Positions 10,201 to 18,635 of a DNA stretch of 64,000 nucleotides are shown piece by piece. The notes beneath the pieces were generated by a model that saw nothing but the letters and a program-made list of their open reading frames with translations, ran no database searches and was not told the origin of the DNA. The DNA comes from an uncultured Gemmatimonadales bacterium. Its GTDB lineage: Bacteria; Gemmatimonadota; Gemmatimonadetes; Longimicrobiales; RSA9. Within the stretch, counting starts at the first letter, position 1, and the number at the start of each line of letters is the position of its first letter. The stretch is taken from the NCBI GenBank assembly GCA_963741945.1, contig CAVUKA010000001.1, positions 1,024,001 through 1,088,000 of the forward strand. Direction: 5' to 3'. Made by a program: the position numbers and the translations under genes.

Positions 10201-10427
10201 GCGGGTCGTGCGGCCCGGGCGGCAGCGGCACGGACAGCCAGGGCCTGAGCTGTACCCCGGTCTGGAAGTGGGACGCGCCCGGTCAGCGGACCCCCGTGGT
10301 CAGCGCGGGGATCACGAGCCGCTTCAACGTGCTGGGCTTCGCAGTCCTGGAAGTCTACTACGCGTACCCGTTCCAGCGACCGAAGGAAGGCTGGCACTTC
10401 GGGTTCCAGCTGGCGCCCGGGTGGTAG
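7260..10427 (+). CDS. Outer-membrane protein: N-terminal HExxH peptidase-MA-like domain, PD40/TolB propeller repeats, C-terminal Omp85/BamA-like barrel
   Basis: Signal peptide ending ASA|QYFGRNKVQY; HELVH...WLIEGMAEY; repeated SPDG motifs; LVRGY loop; C-terminal aromatic beta strand ending in W. Confidence 0.8.
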   Translation: MAEARVNERRARAGVVLLSALLVLGVVPATASAQYFGRNKVQYEEFDWREMHTDHFDFYFYPQERVAVEDAGRMGERWYARLSRVFNHQFSGEKPIVLYANHPDFQQTNTTESQVGEGTGGFTESVKNRVVLPLTGVYADNDHVIGHELVHAFQYDIAQKMGAMGQQGMGSLPLWLIEGMAEYLSKGRDDPLTAMWMRDAALRGDLPSFEQLTSDRRFFPYRYGQALWAYIGGRWGDRAVTDLFKASLQDGWGGAVRRVLRTTSDQLSQDWLSALRAHYLPLMEGKERPGEVAKKILAKDINAGDMNVGPALSPDGQYVAFYSERALFEISLFLADAHTGKVVKKVADSETSLHFDALSFLESAGAWSPDGTEMAFTAFAEGNEELAVIRLSDREVVKHITIEGVGALNSPAWSPDGRTMAVSGNRGGISNLYLVDVATGHTEQLTDDRYAELQPSWSPDGRTLAFVTDRGGTNLQTLEYGNMRIGLLDVGTGQVRMLDLFEGGKHIDPHFGPNGDWLYFISDADGFQDVYRVRLATGDIERITRIATGVSGITDLSPALTIAQQTGDIMFSVFNEGNYTVYRMDAAQVAARAEAVHTRFAGVQPAAILPPVEAAERGIVASYMSEPLRGLPRDTVFPISNYGARLGLDYVGVPTLGASFGGPFGTMVQGAVATYWSDMLGNRQLMAAVQANGTFKDVGGQAQYVNRAGHLNWGVLAGHIPYRLGYYGFTPGSSFKGQPALEQDLQLFRIYQDQAMALFEFPRSQTRRFEVNAGYARYAFGLETLRVYYDPVTGRQLGSETTTDEVPAPFDHPLNMGTATFAYVGDWSNFGFTSPVRGGRFRFEVSPMVGDLNVVNALADYRRYFWRYPFTFAVRGMHYGRYGPDAESGNPLFTQQLFLGYETLVRGYNYNSFNRSECVTANGSEDPNCGIFGKLFGSKVAVASAELRVPVFGVPGFGLINFPFVPTELAGFVDAGVAWNSGSCGPGGSGTDSQGLSCTPVWKWDAPGQRTPVVSAGITSRFNVLGFAVLEVYYAYPFQRPKEGWHFGFQLAPGW

Positions 10428-10491
10428 GCGGGCGGCGAGCCTGCTGACAGCGGGCGGCGAGCCTGCTGACAGCGGGCGGCGAGCCTGCTGA
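10428..10491. repeat. 22-bp tandem repeat, about 3 copies
   Basis: gcgggcggcgagcctgctgaca at 10428 and 10450, near-complete at 10472, starting right after the stop codon. Confidence 0.9.
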
Positions 10492-10508
10492 ACGCGGGCG
10501 GATCGAGT

Positions 10509-10540
10509 GGCCGGGCGGGGAGACCTGCCCGGCCGTTCTC
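10509..10540 (+). terminator. GC-rich hairpin, probable terminator
   Basis: ggccgggcggg / cctgcccggcc stem followed by gttctc. Confidence 0.5.
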
Positions 10541-10750
10541 GTTGGCGCTGGCAGCTCCATTGTCGGGCAGCTTCGTTCTGAGCATGGGCCTCCTCCGGCA
10601 CTCGGGTAGTCTCGATCCCCCAATGGTCGACCATCCTGGCGGGATGGTGCCGGGGACGCCGGGGATAGCCAAACGGGGCACTTTCCCCCAGACTTTGGCC
10701 ACCAATACGGACGTGAACGGCTGAAGAGCCGCGAAAGGGATAGCAGGCGC

Positions 10751-12868
10751 ATGTACGAAGACGAGAACCGTACCCTGGATCCGATCCTCCGGCCGCGCAG
10801 CATCGCGGTGATCGGGGCGAGCCGGCGGCCCGGCACCATCGGCTACCAGATCGTGGACAACCTGCTCCGGCACGGCTACGAGGGGGTGGTCTACCCCGTG
10901 AATCCGAACGCGGAGTCCGTCCACTCGATCCCCTCCTATCCGTCGGTCGCCGCGATCCCGAGGGACGTGGACCTGGCGATGGTGGTGGTCCCGAAGCAGT
11001 TCGTCCTCGACGTGGTGGACGAGTGCGGGGCGAAAGGCATCAAGGGGCTGATCGTGATCAGCGCCGGGTTCCGCGAAGTGGGCGGAACCGGGGCGCAGCT
11101 GGAGACCGCGCTGCTGGAGCGGGTCCGCCGCTACGGCATGCGGCTGGTGGGGCCGAACTGCATGGGCGTGCTGAGCACGGCGCCGGAGCTGAAGATGAAT
11201 GCCACGTTCGCCCCCACGATGCCGCCGGCGGGCCCGGTGAGCCTCATGAGCCAGTCGGGAGCGATGGGGGTGACGATCCTGGATTACGCGTCGGAGTACG
11301 GGATCGGGATCAACGATTTCGTGAGCGTCGGCAACAAGCCGGACGTGAGCGGGAACGACCTGATCCAGTACTGGGCGGACGACGAGCGCACGAGCGTGAT
11401 CCTCATGTACCTGGAGAACTTCGGCAATCCGCAGAAGTTCACCCACCTGGCGCGGCGGATCACGAAGAAGAAGCCGATCATCGTGGTGAAGGCGGGGCGC
11501 ACGGGCGTGGGTGCGCGGGCGGCGAGCTCGCACACGGGCGCGCTTGCGGGCGCGGACGTGGCTGTGGACGCGCTGCTGTCACAGTGCGGGGTGATGCGGG
11601 TGGACACGGTGGAGGAGCTGTTCGACCTGGCGATGGCGTTCGACGAGCTGCCGGTGCCCGCCGGGAACCGCGTCGCCATCGTGACGAACGCGGGCGGCCC
11701 GGGGATCATCATCGCGGACGCGTGCGAGTCGCGCGGTCTGGAAGTGGTGCAGCTCTCGGACGAGACGCAGGCGTCGCTGCGCGAGGTGCTGGCGGAAGAG
11801 GCGAGCGTGCGGAACCCGGTGGACATGATCGCATCGGCCACGCCCGAGTCGTACCGCCTGGTGCTGGACCGGGTGCTTCGGGACGAGAACGTGGACGCGG
11901 CCATCGCGGCGTTCGTTCCGCCGCTCGGCGTGCGGCAGGAAGAGGTGGCGCACGCGATCGTGGAAGCGAAGCAGGGGCACCAGAAGCCCGTGCTGGCCGT
12001 GCTCATGGGGCGGGAAGGGCTGCCGCAGGGGCGGGCGGAGCTGCACGAGGCGGGGATGCCCGGCTACATCTTCCCCGAGTCGGCGGCGAAAGCGCTGGCG
12101 GCCATGTACCGGTACCGGAAGTGGCTGGAGCGGCCGGAGGGGACGATCCGTGTGGTGGACGCGGACCGGGAGGCCGTCCGTTCGATCATCGGACGTGCGG
12201 TGGAGAGCGGTACCGATCACCTGGCCGGCCCTGACGCCCTGGCCGTCTTCCGGGCGTACGGGATCCCGGTGCTGGAGTCGCGGATCGTCCGCGACGCGGA
12301 TGCGGCCGCGGCGGCAGCGGAGGAGGTCGGGTTCCCCGTCGTCATGAAGGTGGAGTCCCCGGACGTGGTGCATAAGAGCGACGTGGGTGGCGTTGCCGTG
12401 GACCTGCGCTCCGGCGACGCGGTGCGGCAGGCGTACGAGGTCATGATGACCCGGGTCGGCGAAGCGCTCCCCGACGCTCGGCTCGAGGGCGTGCTGATCC
12501 AGCCGTTCGTTTCGGGGGGGAGGGAGACCATCGTGGGCGGCACCACCGACCCGATGTTCGGCCCGCTCCTCATGTTCGGGCTGGGTGGCGTGTACGTCGA
12601 AGCGCTCAAGGACGTGGTGTTCCGTGTCCACCCGCTGACGGACGTGGACGCCCGGGAGATGGTGGGCTCGATCCGCGCCGTGAAAGTACTCGAGGGGATG
12701 CGCGGTGAGCCGCCCTCGGACCGGGAAGCCATCGCGGACGTGATCCAGCGGGTGTCGCAGCTGATGGGGGAGAACCCGGAAGTCCGGGAGCTGGACATCA
12801 ACCCCTTCCTCGTCCGTGAGAAGGGCGGAGTGGCGCTCGATGCCCGGATCCGCGTGAGCTGCGACTGA
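10751..12868 (+). CDS. Acetate/acyl-CoA ligase (ADP-forming), fused alpha-beta
   Basis: PRSIAVIGAS, GPNCMG, SQSGA, SSHTGALAG (phospho-His), NAGGPG, C-terminal ATP-grasp HKSDVGGV...ELDINP. Confidence 0.9.
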   Translation: MYEDENRTLDPILRPRSIAVIGASRRPGTIGYQIVDNLLRHGYEGVVYPVNPNAESVHSIPSYPSVAAIPRDVDLAMVVVPKQFVLDVVDECGAKGIKGLIVISAGFREVGGTGAQLETALLERVRRYGMRLVGPNCMGVLSTAPELKMNATFAPTMPPAGPVSLMSQSGAMGVTILDYASEYGIGINDFVSVGNKPDVSGNDLIQYWADDERTSVILMYLENFGNPQKFTHLARRITKKKPIIVVKAGRTGVGARAASSHTGALAGADVAVDALLSQCGVMRVDTVEELFDLAMAFDELPVPAGNRVAIVTNAGGPGIIIADACESRGLEVVQLSDETQASLREVLAEEASVRNPVDMIASATPESYRLVLDRVLRDENVDAAIAAFVPPLGVRQEEVAHAIVEAKQGHQKPVLAVLMGREGLPQGRAELHEAGMPGYIFPESAAKALAAMYRYRKWLERPEGTIRVVDADREAVRSIIGRAVESGTDHLAGPDALAVFRAYGIPVLESRIVRDADAAAAAAEEVGFPVVMKVESPDVVHKSDVGGVAVDLRSGDAVRQAYEVMMTRVGEALPDARLEGVLIQPFVSGGRETIVGGTTDPMFGPLLMFGLGGVYVEALKDVVFRVHPLTDVDAREMVGSIRAVKVLEGMRGEPPSDREAIADVIQRVSQLMGENPEVRELDINPFLVREKGGVALDARIRVSCD

Positions 12869-12882
12869 CGGAGCTGCCCCGG

Positions 12883-12912
12883 GCGACGGGCGTCTCCACC
12901 GCCGCCCGTCGC
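12883..12912. terminator. Hairpin between convergent genes
   Basis: gcgacgggcg (12883-12892) / cgcccgtcgc (12903-12912). Confidence 0.5.
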
Positions 12913-12934
12913 GTGTCCGGGGGCGGGATCGGTG

Positions 12935-14242
12935 CTAGAGCAGCCGCGAGGTGAGGGCCCAGAGCTGCTCCTTCGCCCTCTCGCGCACGCTGCGCTGCCG
13001 GAACTGCTCGAGGGACAGCTCGCTGGCGTGCCCGATGTCGGTGCGGAACCGCTCCTCCAGGCGGCCGGCGATCTCCGGAGCGCTGATCATGAGGACCACC
13101 TCGTCGTTCAGCGACATGGAGCGATTGTCGAAATTGGCCGAGCCGATGGCGCACCAGACGCTGTCGGCGCTGAGGGTCTTGGCGTGCACCATGGTGGGGC
13201 TGTACTCGTAGATCCGGATACCGCCCTCCAACAGCTCCTCGTAGTGCTTCCGCGCGGCGTACCAGGTGGACTTCTTGTCGGTGTTCGCACCGGGTGTGAG
13301 GATGCGCACGTCCACGCTGGCGGCGGCCGCTTCCAGGAGGAGGCGGCGGAAGTCGTCATCGGGGACGAAGTAGGCGCTGGTGACCCACAGCCGCTCCCTG
13401 GCGCCGGCGATGGTGACGGCGTAGAAGCGCTCGATGCCGGTGCTCCCGACGGATGGGGAGCCGTAGATGAGACCGGCGGTGTGCGGGCCGTGGCGCTCCA
13501 GCGGCTCGGGCGGGAAGAGGTCGTCGCCCACCAGCAGCTCGCCCGTGGCCTCGGCCCAGTCCCCGGCGAATGCGGCCTGCAGCTGGTGCACGGCCGGGCC
13601 CTCGATCCGGACGCTGGTGTCCCGCCACTGGTGCGGGTGGAGGCCGTCGCCCCGCCAGTCGTCGTGGATGGCGAACCCCCCGGTGTAGCCCACGCTCCCA
13701 TCGATCACCACCGTCCGCATGTGGGTGCGCTTCTGCCACTTGTACATGGTGCTCCACCGGAAGGGGCGGAAGGCGTGCACCTCCGCGCCCGCCTTGCGGA
13801 GCCGCTCCCAGTATTCGTCCTCCACGCCCCAGGAGCCGAAGGCGTCATAGAGCAGCAGCACGCGCACGCCCTCACGCAGGCGACCGATGAGGATTTCAGC
13901 GAGCCGGTCCGCCAGCTCGCCGGGCTTGAACCAGAACACGTGCCAGGTGATGACGGAGCGGGCGTGCTCGAGGTCGGACCACAGGCTCGGGTACACCTCC
14001 TGGCCGTTGAACAGCACGTCCAGCCGGTTCCCCTCCGTGAGCGCCGCGTTCACGTGGCGCTCCATCTGCGCGGTGAACAGCCCCGACGAGACGTTGGGCA
14101 CGCTCTCCTCCCCGCCCACCACCCGCACCCCCTCGACCGGATTTCCGCGCATGACGTAGAAGAAGCCGGCGAGCGCGAAAAAGCCCAGCAGCAACGCCAT
14201 GAGGACGACGAGGCCGAGGAGGGCGACGGTCGTGATGCTCAT
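12935..14242 (-). CDS. cls: Cardiolipin synthase / phospholipase D family
   Basis: N-terminal TM, YDAFGS, two PLD motifs (HMRTVVIDG and HAKTLSAD), WRDT, GSANFDNRS. Confidence 0.85.
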   Translation of the reverse strand: MSITTVALLGLVVLMALLLGFFALAGFFYVMRGNPVEGVRVVGGEESVPNVSSGLFTAQMERHVNAALTEGNRLDVLFNGQEVYPSLWSDLEHARSVITWHVFWFKPGELADRLAEILIGRLREGVRVLLLYDAFGSWGVEDEYWERLRKAGAEVHAFRPFRWSTMYKWQKRTHMRTVVIDGSVGYTGGFAIHDDWRGDGLHPHQWRDTSVRIEGPAVHQLQAAFAGDWAEATGELLVGDDLFPPEPLERHGPHTAGLIYGSPSVGSTGIERFYAVTIAGARERLWVTSAYFVPDDDFRRLLLEAAAASVDVRILTPGANTDKKSTWYAARKHYEELLEGGIRIYEYSPTMVHAKTLSADSVWCAIGSANFDNRSMSLNDEVVLMISAPEIAGRLEERFRTDIGHASELSLEQFRQRSVRERAKEQLWALTSRLL

Positions 14243-14316
14243 GACCGTCGTGGGGCGCAAGGAACGGACCGGCACCCGCACGTGTACCGGCGCGCCGCTT
14301 GCCCTATCTTGCTGCC

Positions 14317-15858
14317 ATGCACTACCACCTGATCGGGATCGCGGGAACGGCCATGGGCTCGCTGGCGGGACTGCTGCGCGCGGCAGGGCACACCGTCACG
14401 GGCTCGGACGAGGGCGTGTACCCGCCCATGTCGACGCTGCTGGATGAGCTGGGGATCACCTACGCCCGCGCGTTCGACGCGGGGAACATCGCGCCGGCGC
14501 CGGACGTGGTGGTGGTGGGGAACGCCATCTCGCGCGGCAACCCGGAGCTGGAAGCGGTGCTGGACCGGCGGCTCCGCTACACCTCGGCGGCGAGCGTCCT
14601 CAAGGAGGAGTTCCTCCGGGACCGGCGCGTACTGGCCGTGGCCGGGACCCACGGCAAGACCACCACCACCTCCCTCCTGGCGTGGCTGCTGGAATCGGCG
14701 GGACTGAAGCCGTCGTTCCTCATCGGCGGCGTGGCGGAGAACTTCGGGACATCGTTCCGGCTCGTGGACGCGGAAGAGTCCGACCTCTTCGTGATCGAAG
14801 CGGACGAGTACGACACGGCCTATTTCGACAAGGGCCCGAAGATGTGGCACTACCTGCCGCACACCGCTGTGGTGACCAACATCGAGTTCGACCATGCCGA
14901 CATCTACCGCGACGACGAAGCCTACCGCTTCGCCTTCTCCCGCTTCATCAATCTCGTCCCGCGCAATGGGACGCTGGTGGCGGGGTGGGAGAGCGCGGTG
15001 GTGCGGTCGCTGGCGCGCCGCTCGTTCGCGCCCGTCGAGAGCTTCGGTCTCGGCAGCGGCCCCGGGGCCGGGGCTGGCGCGGGGGCCGGGGCGGGGGCGC
15101 GGGGCGACGATGGCGCGGAGGACAGGCGGCCGCCGGGCACGGGGGAGGTGCGTGCCGCCGGGTCGGCGGAGCCGGAGGGGTTCGAGGCTTCGCGGGAGCA
15201 CCCGCGCTGGCGCGCGGACGGGATCGAGTACGGCCCGGACGGGACCATCTTCAACGTGTACCACGACGGCGAGTGCCTGGGCGACGTGGTCACGCCGCTC
15301 ACGGGCGCGTTCAACGTCCGGAACGCGCTGGCCGCCATGGCGTCGGCCGTGAGCGTGGGGGCGGAGTGGCCGGGGATCCTGGAAGGGCTGCGGACGTTCC
15401 GGAGCGTGCGGCGTCGCATGGAGATACGGGGGGAAGCCCGCGGAGTCACGGTGATCGACGACTTCGCCCACCACCCCACGGCGGTCCGGGAGACGATCGC
15501 GGCCGTTCGCCAGCGCTTCGGCCAGCGGCGGCTGGTGGCGGTGTTCGAGCCGCGCAGCTACACGGCGCAGCGTCGCGAGTTCCAGGAGCCGTACCGCCGC
15601 GCCCTGGGGAGCGCCGACCGCGTGGTCCTGGGCGGGCTGTTCCACCCGGAGCGATACGACGCCGCCACCGGCATGGACCCGGACGAGCTCGTGGCCGCCA
15701 TCGCCGCCGACGGCACGCCAGCCCGCTACATCGCCGACCCGGGCGCCATCGTGGCGGCGCTGGAGCCGGACCTGCGCGAGGGCGACATCGTGCTGTTCAT
15801 GTCGAACGGCGGGTTCGGCGGCGTGCACGGCAGGCTGCTGGCCGCCCTGGGCGGCTAG
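14317..15858 (+). CDS. mpl: Murein peptide ligase (MurC family)
   Basis: HLIGIAGTAMGSLA, YPPMST, GTHGKTTT, EADEYDTAYFDK, EFDHADIY, DDFAHHPTA, FEPRS, MSNGGFGG. Confidence 0.9.
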   Translation: MHYHLIGIAGTAMGSLAGLLRAAGHTVTGSDEGVYPPMSTLLDELGITYARAFDAGNIAPAPDVVVVGNAISRGNPELEAVLDRRLRYTSAASVLKEEFLRDRRVLAVAGTHGKTTTTSLLAWLLESAGLKPSFLIGGVAENFGTSFRLVDAEESDLFVIEADEYDTAYFDKGPKMWHYLPHTAVVTNIEFDHADIYRDDEAYRFAFSRFINLVPRNGTLVAGWESAVVRSLARRSFAPVESFGLGSGPGAGAGAGAGAGARGDDGAEDRRPPGTGEVRAAGSAEPEGFEASREHPRWRADGIEYGPDGTIFNVYHDGECLGDVVTPLTGAFNVRNALAAMASAVSVGAEWPGILEGLRTFRSVRRRMEIRGEARGVTVIDDFAHHPTAVRETIAAVRQRFGQRRLVAVFEPRSYTAQRREFQEPYRRALGSADRVVLGGLFHPERYDAATGMDPDELVAAIAADGTPARYIADPGAIVAALEPDLREGDIVLFMSNGGFGGVHGRLLAALGG

Positions 15859-15917
15859 CGGCGGCAGCGACTGCGGCCGCGTCGGCGCGCTTTGGGAGGG
15901 CGCATCGCGCGAGGCCC

Positions 15918-15933
15918 TGGCGCGCCCGTTGCA
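15918..15933 (+). promoter_or_regulatory. Sigma54 promoter of multiheme cytochrome gene
   Basis: TGGCGCGCCCGTTGCA, GG-N10-GC, about 90 bp upstream of ATG 16022. Confidence 0.75.
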
Positions 15934-16021
15934 CAGGCGTCCAGCGCTGGCTCCCCGTGAGTTGGCCCCGGCGAAGCCCCGGCGCCCGACGGCGCCCACG
16001 CTGACAAGACCCGGAGGCGGC

Positions 16022-16648
16022 ATGTCCGCGTTTCACCGGCCCACGTCGTGGCTGTTCACCGCCCTGCTGGCCACGGCCGCCCCGGTGGCGGCGCAGGGCG
16101 CTTTCCCGCACGAGGCTCACAAGGGGCTCTTCCCGCTGTGCCAGGGCTGCCACGACATGAGCTCGGGAAAGGCATCGGCACACTACCCCTCACCAGAGCT
16201 CTGCGGCCACTGCCACGACGGCCAGCTGGAGCCGCGCGTGTCCTGGTCGCCGCCCGCATCGCCCGGCTATCCCCACCCGATTCACCCGCGGGGCACAGGC
16301 GTGCGGCCGTCGTGCACGGACTGTCACGGGACGGACGCGACGCTGGTGGTCGACGCTGGGCGGCCCGCGTGCGAGCAGTGCCACGCGCGGCATCACCAGG
16401 CGAAGTCGCAGTGCCGGCTCTGCCACGTCCCGCCGCCTGAAGCGGCGCACGATGCCTCCGCCCATGCCGGATGCAGCGGCTCCGGCTGTCACGCTGCCGC
16501 GCGCGTGAAGGGGCTCGCGTTCACTCGCCCGCTCTGCCTGCTCTGTCACAGTTCGCGGGCCGATCATTTCGCCGCTCGGCAGTGCGTCGACTGCCACCCC
16601 GTGGGACCGGGCCCAGCCGCGGACGGCGACGCGGGCCGGCGACGCTGA
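16022..16648 (+). CDS. Secreted small multiheme c-type cytochrome (7 CxxCH + 1 CX4CH)
   Basis: GGAGG RBS, signal peptide, FPHEAH motif; CQGCH, CGHCH, CTDCH, CEQCH, CRLCH, CSGSGCH, CLLCH, CVDCH. Confidence 0.85.
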   Translation: MSAFHRPTSWLFTALLATAAPVAAQGAFPHEAHKGLFPLCQGCHDMSSGKASAHYPSPELCGHCHDGQLEPRVSWSPPASPGYPHPIHPRGTGVRPSCTDCHGTDATLVVDAGRPACEQCHARHHQAKSQCRLCHVPPPEAAHDASAHAGCSGSGCHAAARVKGLAFTRPLCLLCHSSRADHFAARQCVDCHPVGPGPAADGDAGRRR

Positions 16649-16822
16649 CGGGCGGCCCGCCCCACTCCGCGAACCCATCACTGGAGGGGCCTTCGCCGCT
16701 CCGGCCGGTCCGGTTACATTTCCGCCCGCCGAACGTCGCGCCGCAATGTCGGCGTCGGCAGGGGCGGCGGCCGCGCCGGCCGACCGCGCTCGACAGCCAC
16801 TCCAGCTCACCCCGTGTGCCCC

Positions 16823-18508
16823 ATGGCCCTGGACACGTCGAAGTTCATTTTCGTGATGAAGGATCTCCGCAAGGTGGTCCCGCCCAAGCGGGAGGTCCTG
16901 AAGGGGATCTGGCTGTCGTTCTACCCTGGCGCGAAGATCGGGGTGGTGGGGCCGAACGGGTCCGGCAAGTCCACGGTGCTGCGGATCATGGCGGGTGTGG
17001 ACACGGACTTCCAGGGCGAGGCGTGGCCGATGAAGGGGATCAAGATCGGCTATCTCCCGCAGGAGCCGCAGCTGGACCCGCAGCTGACGGTGAAGGGGAA
17101 CGTGGAGGAGGCGGTGCGCGGGCAGCGGGACGTGCTGCGTCGCTTCGACGAGATCAACGCGAAGTTCTCGGAGCCGATGAGCGATGACGAGATGCAGGCG
17201 CTCATCGACGAGCAGGCGAAGGTGCAGGAGCAGATCGATCACCAGAACCTCTGGGATCTGGACCGGAAGATCGAGATCGCCATGGACGCGCTCCGGCTTC
17301 CCCCTGCGGATGCGGACGTGACCACACTCTCCGGTGGTGAGAAGCGGCGGGTCGCCCTGTGCCGGGTGCTGCTTCAGGAGGCGGACATGCTGCTGCTGGA
17401 CGAGCCGACGAACCACCTGGATGCGGAATCGGTGGCGTGGCTGGAGAACCACCTGGCGGAGTTCGAGGGGACGATCGTGGCGGTGACGCACGACCGCTAT
17501 TTCCTGGACAACGTGGCGAAGTGGATCCTGGAGCTGGACCGCGGCCAGGGCTTCCCGTACGAGGGCAACTACTCCAGCTGGCTGGAGCAGAAGAAGGAGC
17601 GGCTCCGTCTGCAGGAGAAGGAGGAGAGCAGGCGCCAGCAGACGCTCCAGCACGAGCTGGACTGGATCCGCATGGCACCCAAAGCGCGGCACGCCAAGGG
17701 GAAGGCGCGCGTGAACGACTACGAGGCGCTGCTCCAGCAGGACACCCGCGAGCGGATCCGCAGCGCCGAGATCATCATCCCCGCCGGCCCGCGGCTCGGC
17801 GCCGATGTCATCACCGCGAAGGCGCTGACCAAGGGCTACGACGAGAAGCTCCTCATCGACGGCGCCGACTTCAGCATCCCGCCCGGCGCCATCGTGGGAA
17901 TCGTGGGGCCCAACGGCGCGGGCAAGACCACGCTGTTCCGGATGATCGTGGGCGAGGAGGCGCCGGACGGCGGCGAGCTGGCCGTGGGCGGGACGGTGGA
18001 GCTGGCGTACGTGGACCAGAGCCGCGACGCACTGGACGCGGAGAAGACCGTCTACCAGGAGATCAGTGACGGCAGGGACGAGGTCACGCTCGGCAGAGCG
18101 GAAGTCAACGCCCGGGCCTACTGCTCCTGGTTCAACTTCAAGGGCGCGGAACAGCAGAAGCAGGTGGGCGTGCTCTCGGGGGGCGAGCGCAACCGCGTGC
18201 ACCTGGCCAAGCTGCTGAAGAGCGGCGGCAACGTCATCCTGCTGGACGAGCCCACGAACGACCTGGACGTGGACACGCTGCGGGCGCTCGAGGACGCGCT
18301 GCTCGACTTCGCCGGGTGCGTGCTGGTGATCTCCCACGACCGCTGGTTCCTCGACCGCATCTCCACGCACACACTCGCGTTCGAGGGGGACAGCCGCGTG
18401 TTCTTCTATGACGGCCCGTGGAGCGAGTACGAGGCGGATCGGAAGCGGCGGATGGGCGGGGAAGCCGAACAGCCTCACCGGATCCGGTACAGGAAGCTGG
18501 TGCGATAG
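16823..18508 (+). CDS. ettA: ABC-F energy-dependent translational throttle protein
   Basis: [57 protein letters not shown]. Confidence 0.95.
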   Translation: MALDTSKFIFVMKDLRKVVPPKREVLKGIWLSFYPGAKIGVVGPNGSGKSTVLRIMAGVDTDFQGEAWPMKGIKIGYLPQEPQLDPQLTVKGNVEEAVRGQRDVLRRFDEINAKFSEPMSDDEMQALIDEQAKVQEQIDHQNLWDLDRKIEIAMDALRLPPADADVTTLSGGEKRRVALCRVLLQEADMLLLDEPTNHLDAESVAWLENHLAEFEGTIVAVTHDRYFLDNVAKWILELDRGQGFPYEGNYSSWLEQKKERLRLQEKEESRRQQTLQHELDWIRMAPKARHAKGKARVNDYEALLQQDTRERIRSAEIIIPAGPRLGADVITAKALTKGYDEKLLIDGADFSIPPGAIVGIVGPNGAGKTTLFRMIVGEEAPDGGELAVGGTVELAYVDQSRDALDAEKTVYQEISDGRDEVTLGRAEVNARAYCSWFNFKGAEQQKQVGVLSGGERNRVHLAKLLKSGGNVILLDEPTNDLDVDTLRALEDALLDFAGCVLVISHDRWFLDRISTHTLAFEGDSRVFFYDGPWSEYEADRKRRMGGEAEQPHRIRYRKLVR

Positions 18509-18525
18509 CGCCTGCGCGCGCGCTG

Positions 18526-18635
18526 CGGTCCCGTGCCGCCCGCGTCACCCCGCGGCGGCTTCGGGCGCAACGGCCGGGGCGCTACGGTCCCGTGCCGCCC
18601 GCGTCACCCCGCGGCGGCTTCGGGCGCAACGGCCG
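18526..18635. repeat. Direct repeat with 59-bp period duplicating the 3' end of the MFS gene
   Basis: 51-bp identical copies at 18526-18576 and 18585-18635. Confidence 0.9.

Noticed and set aside
10428-10491. Possible CRISPR array
   Set aside because: The repeats are head-to-tail with no unique spacers, and there are no cas genes
14288-14303. Sigma54-like box upstream of mpl (CGGCGCGCCGCTTGCC)
   Set aside because: Weaker match in very GC-rich DNA; TATCTT 6 nt before the ATG offers a simpler leaderless explanation
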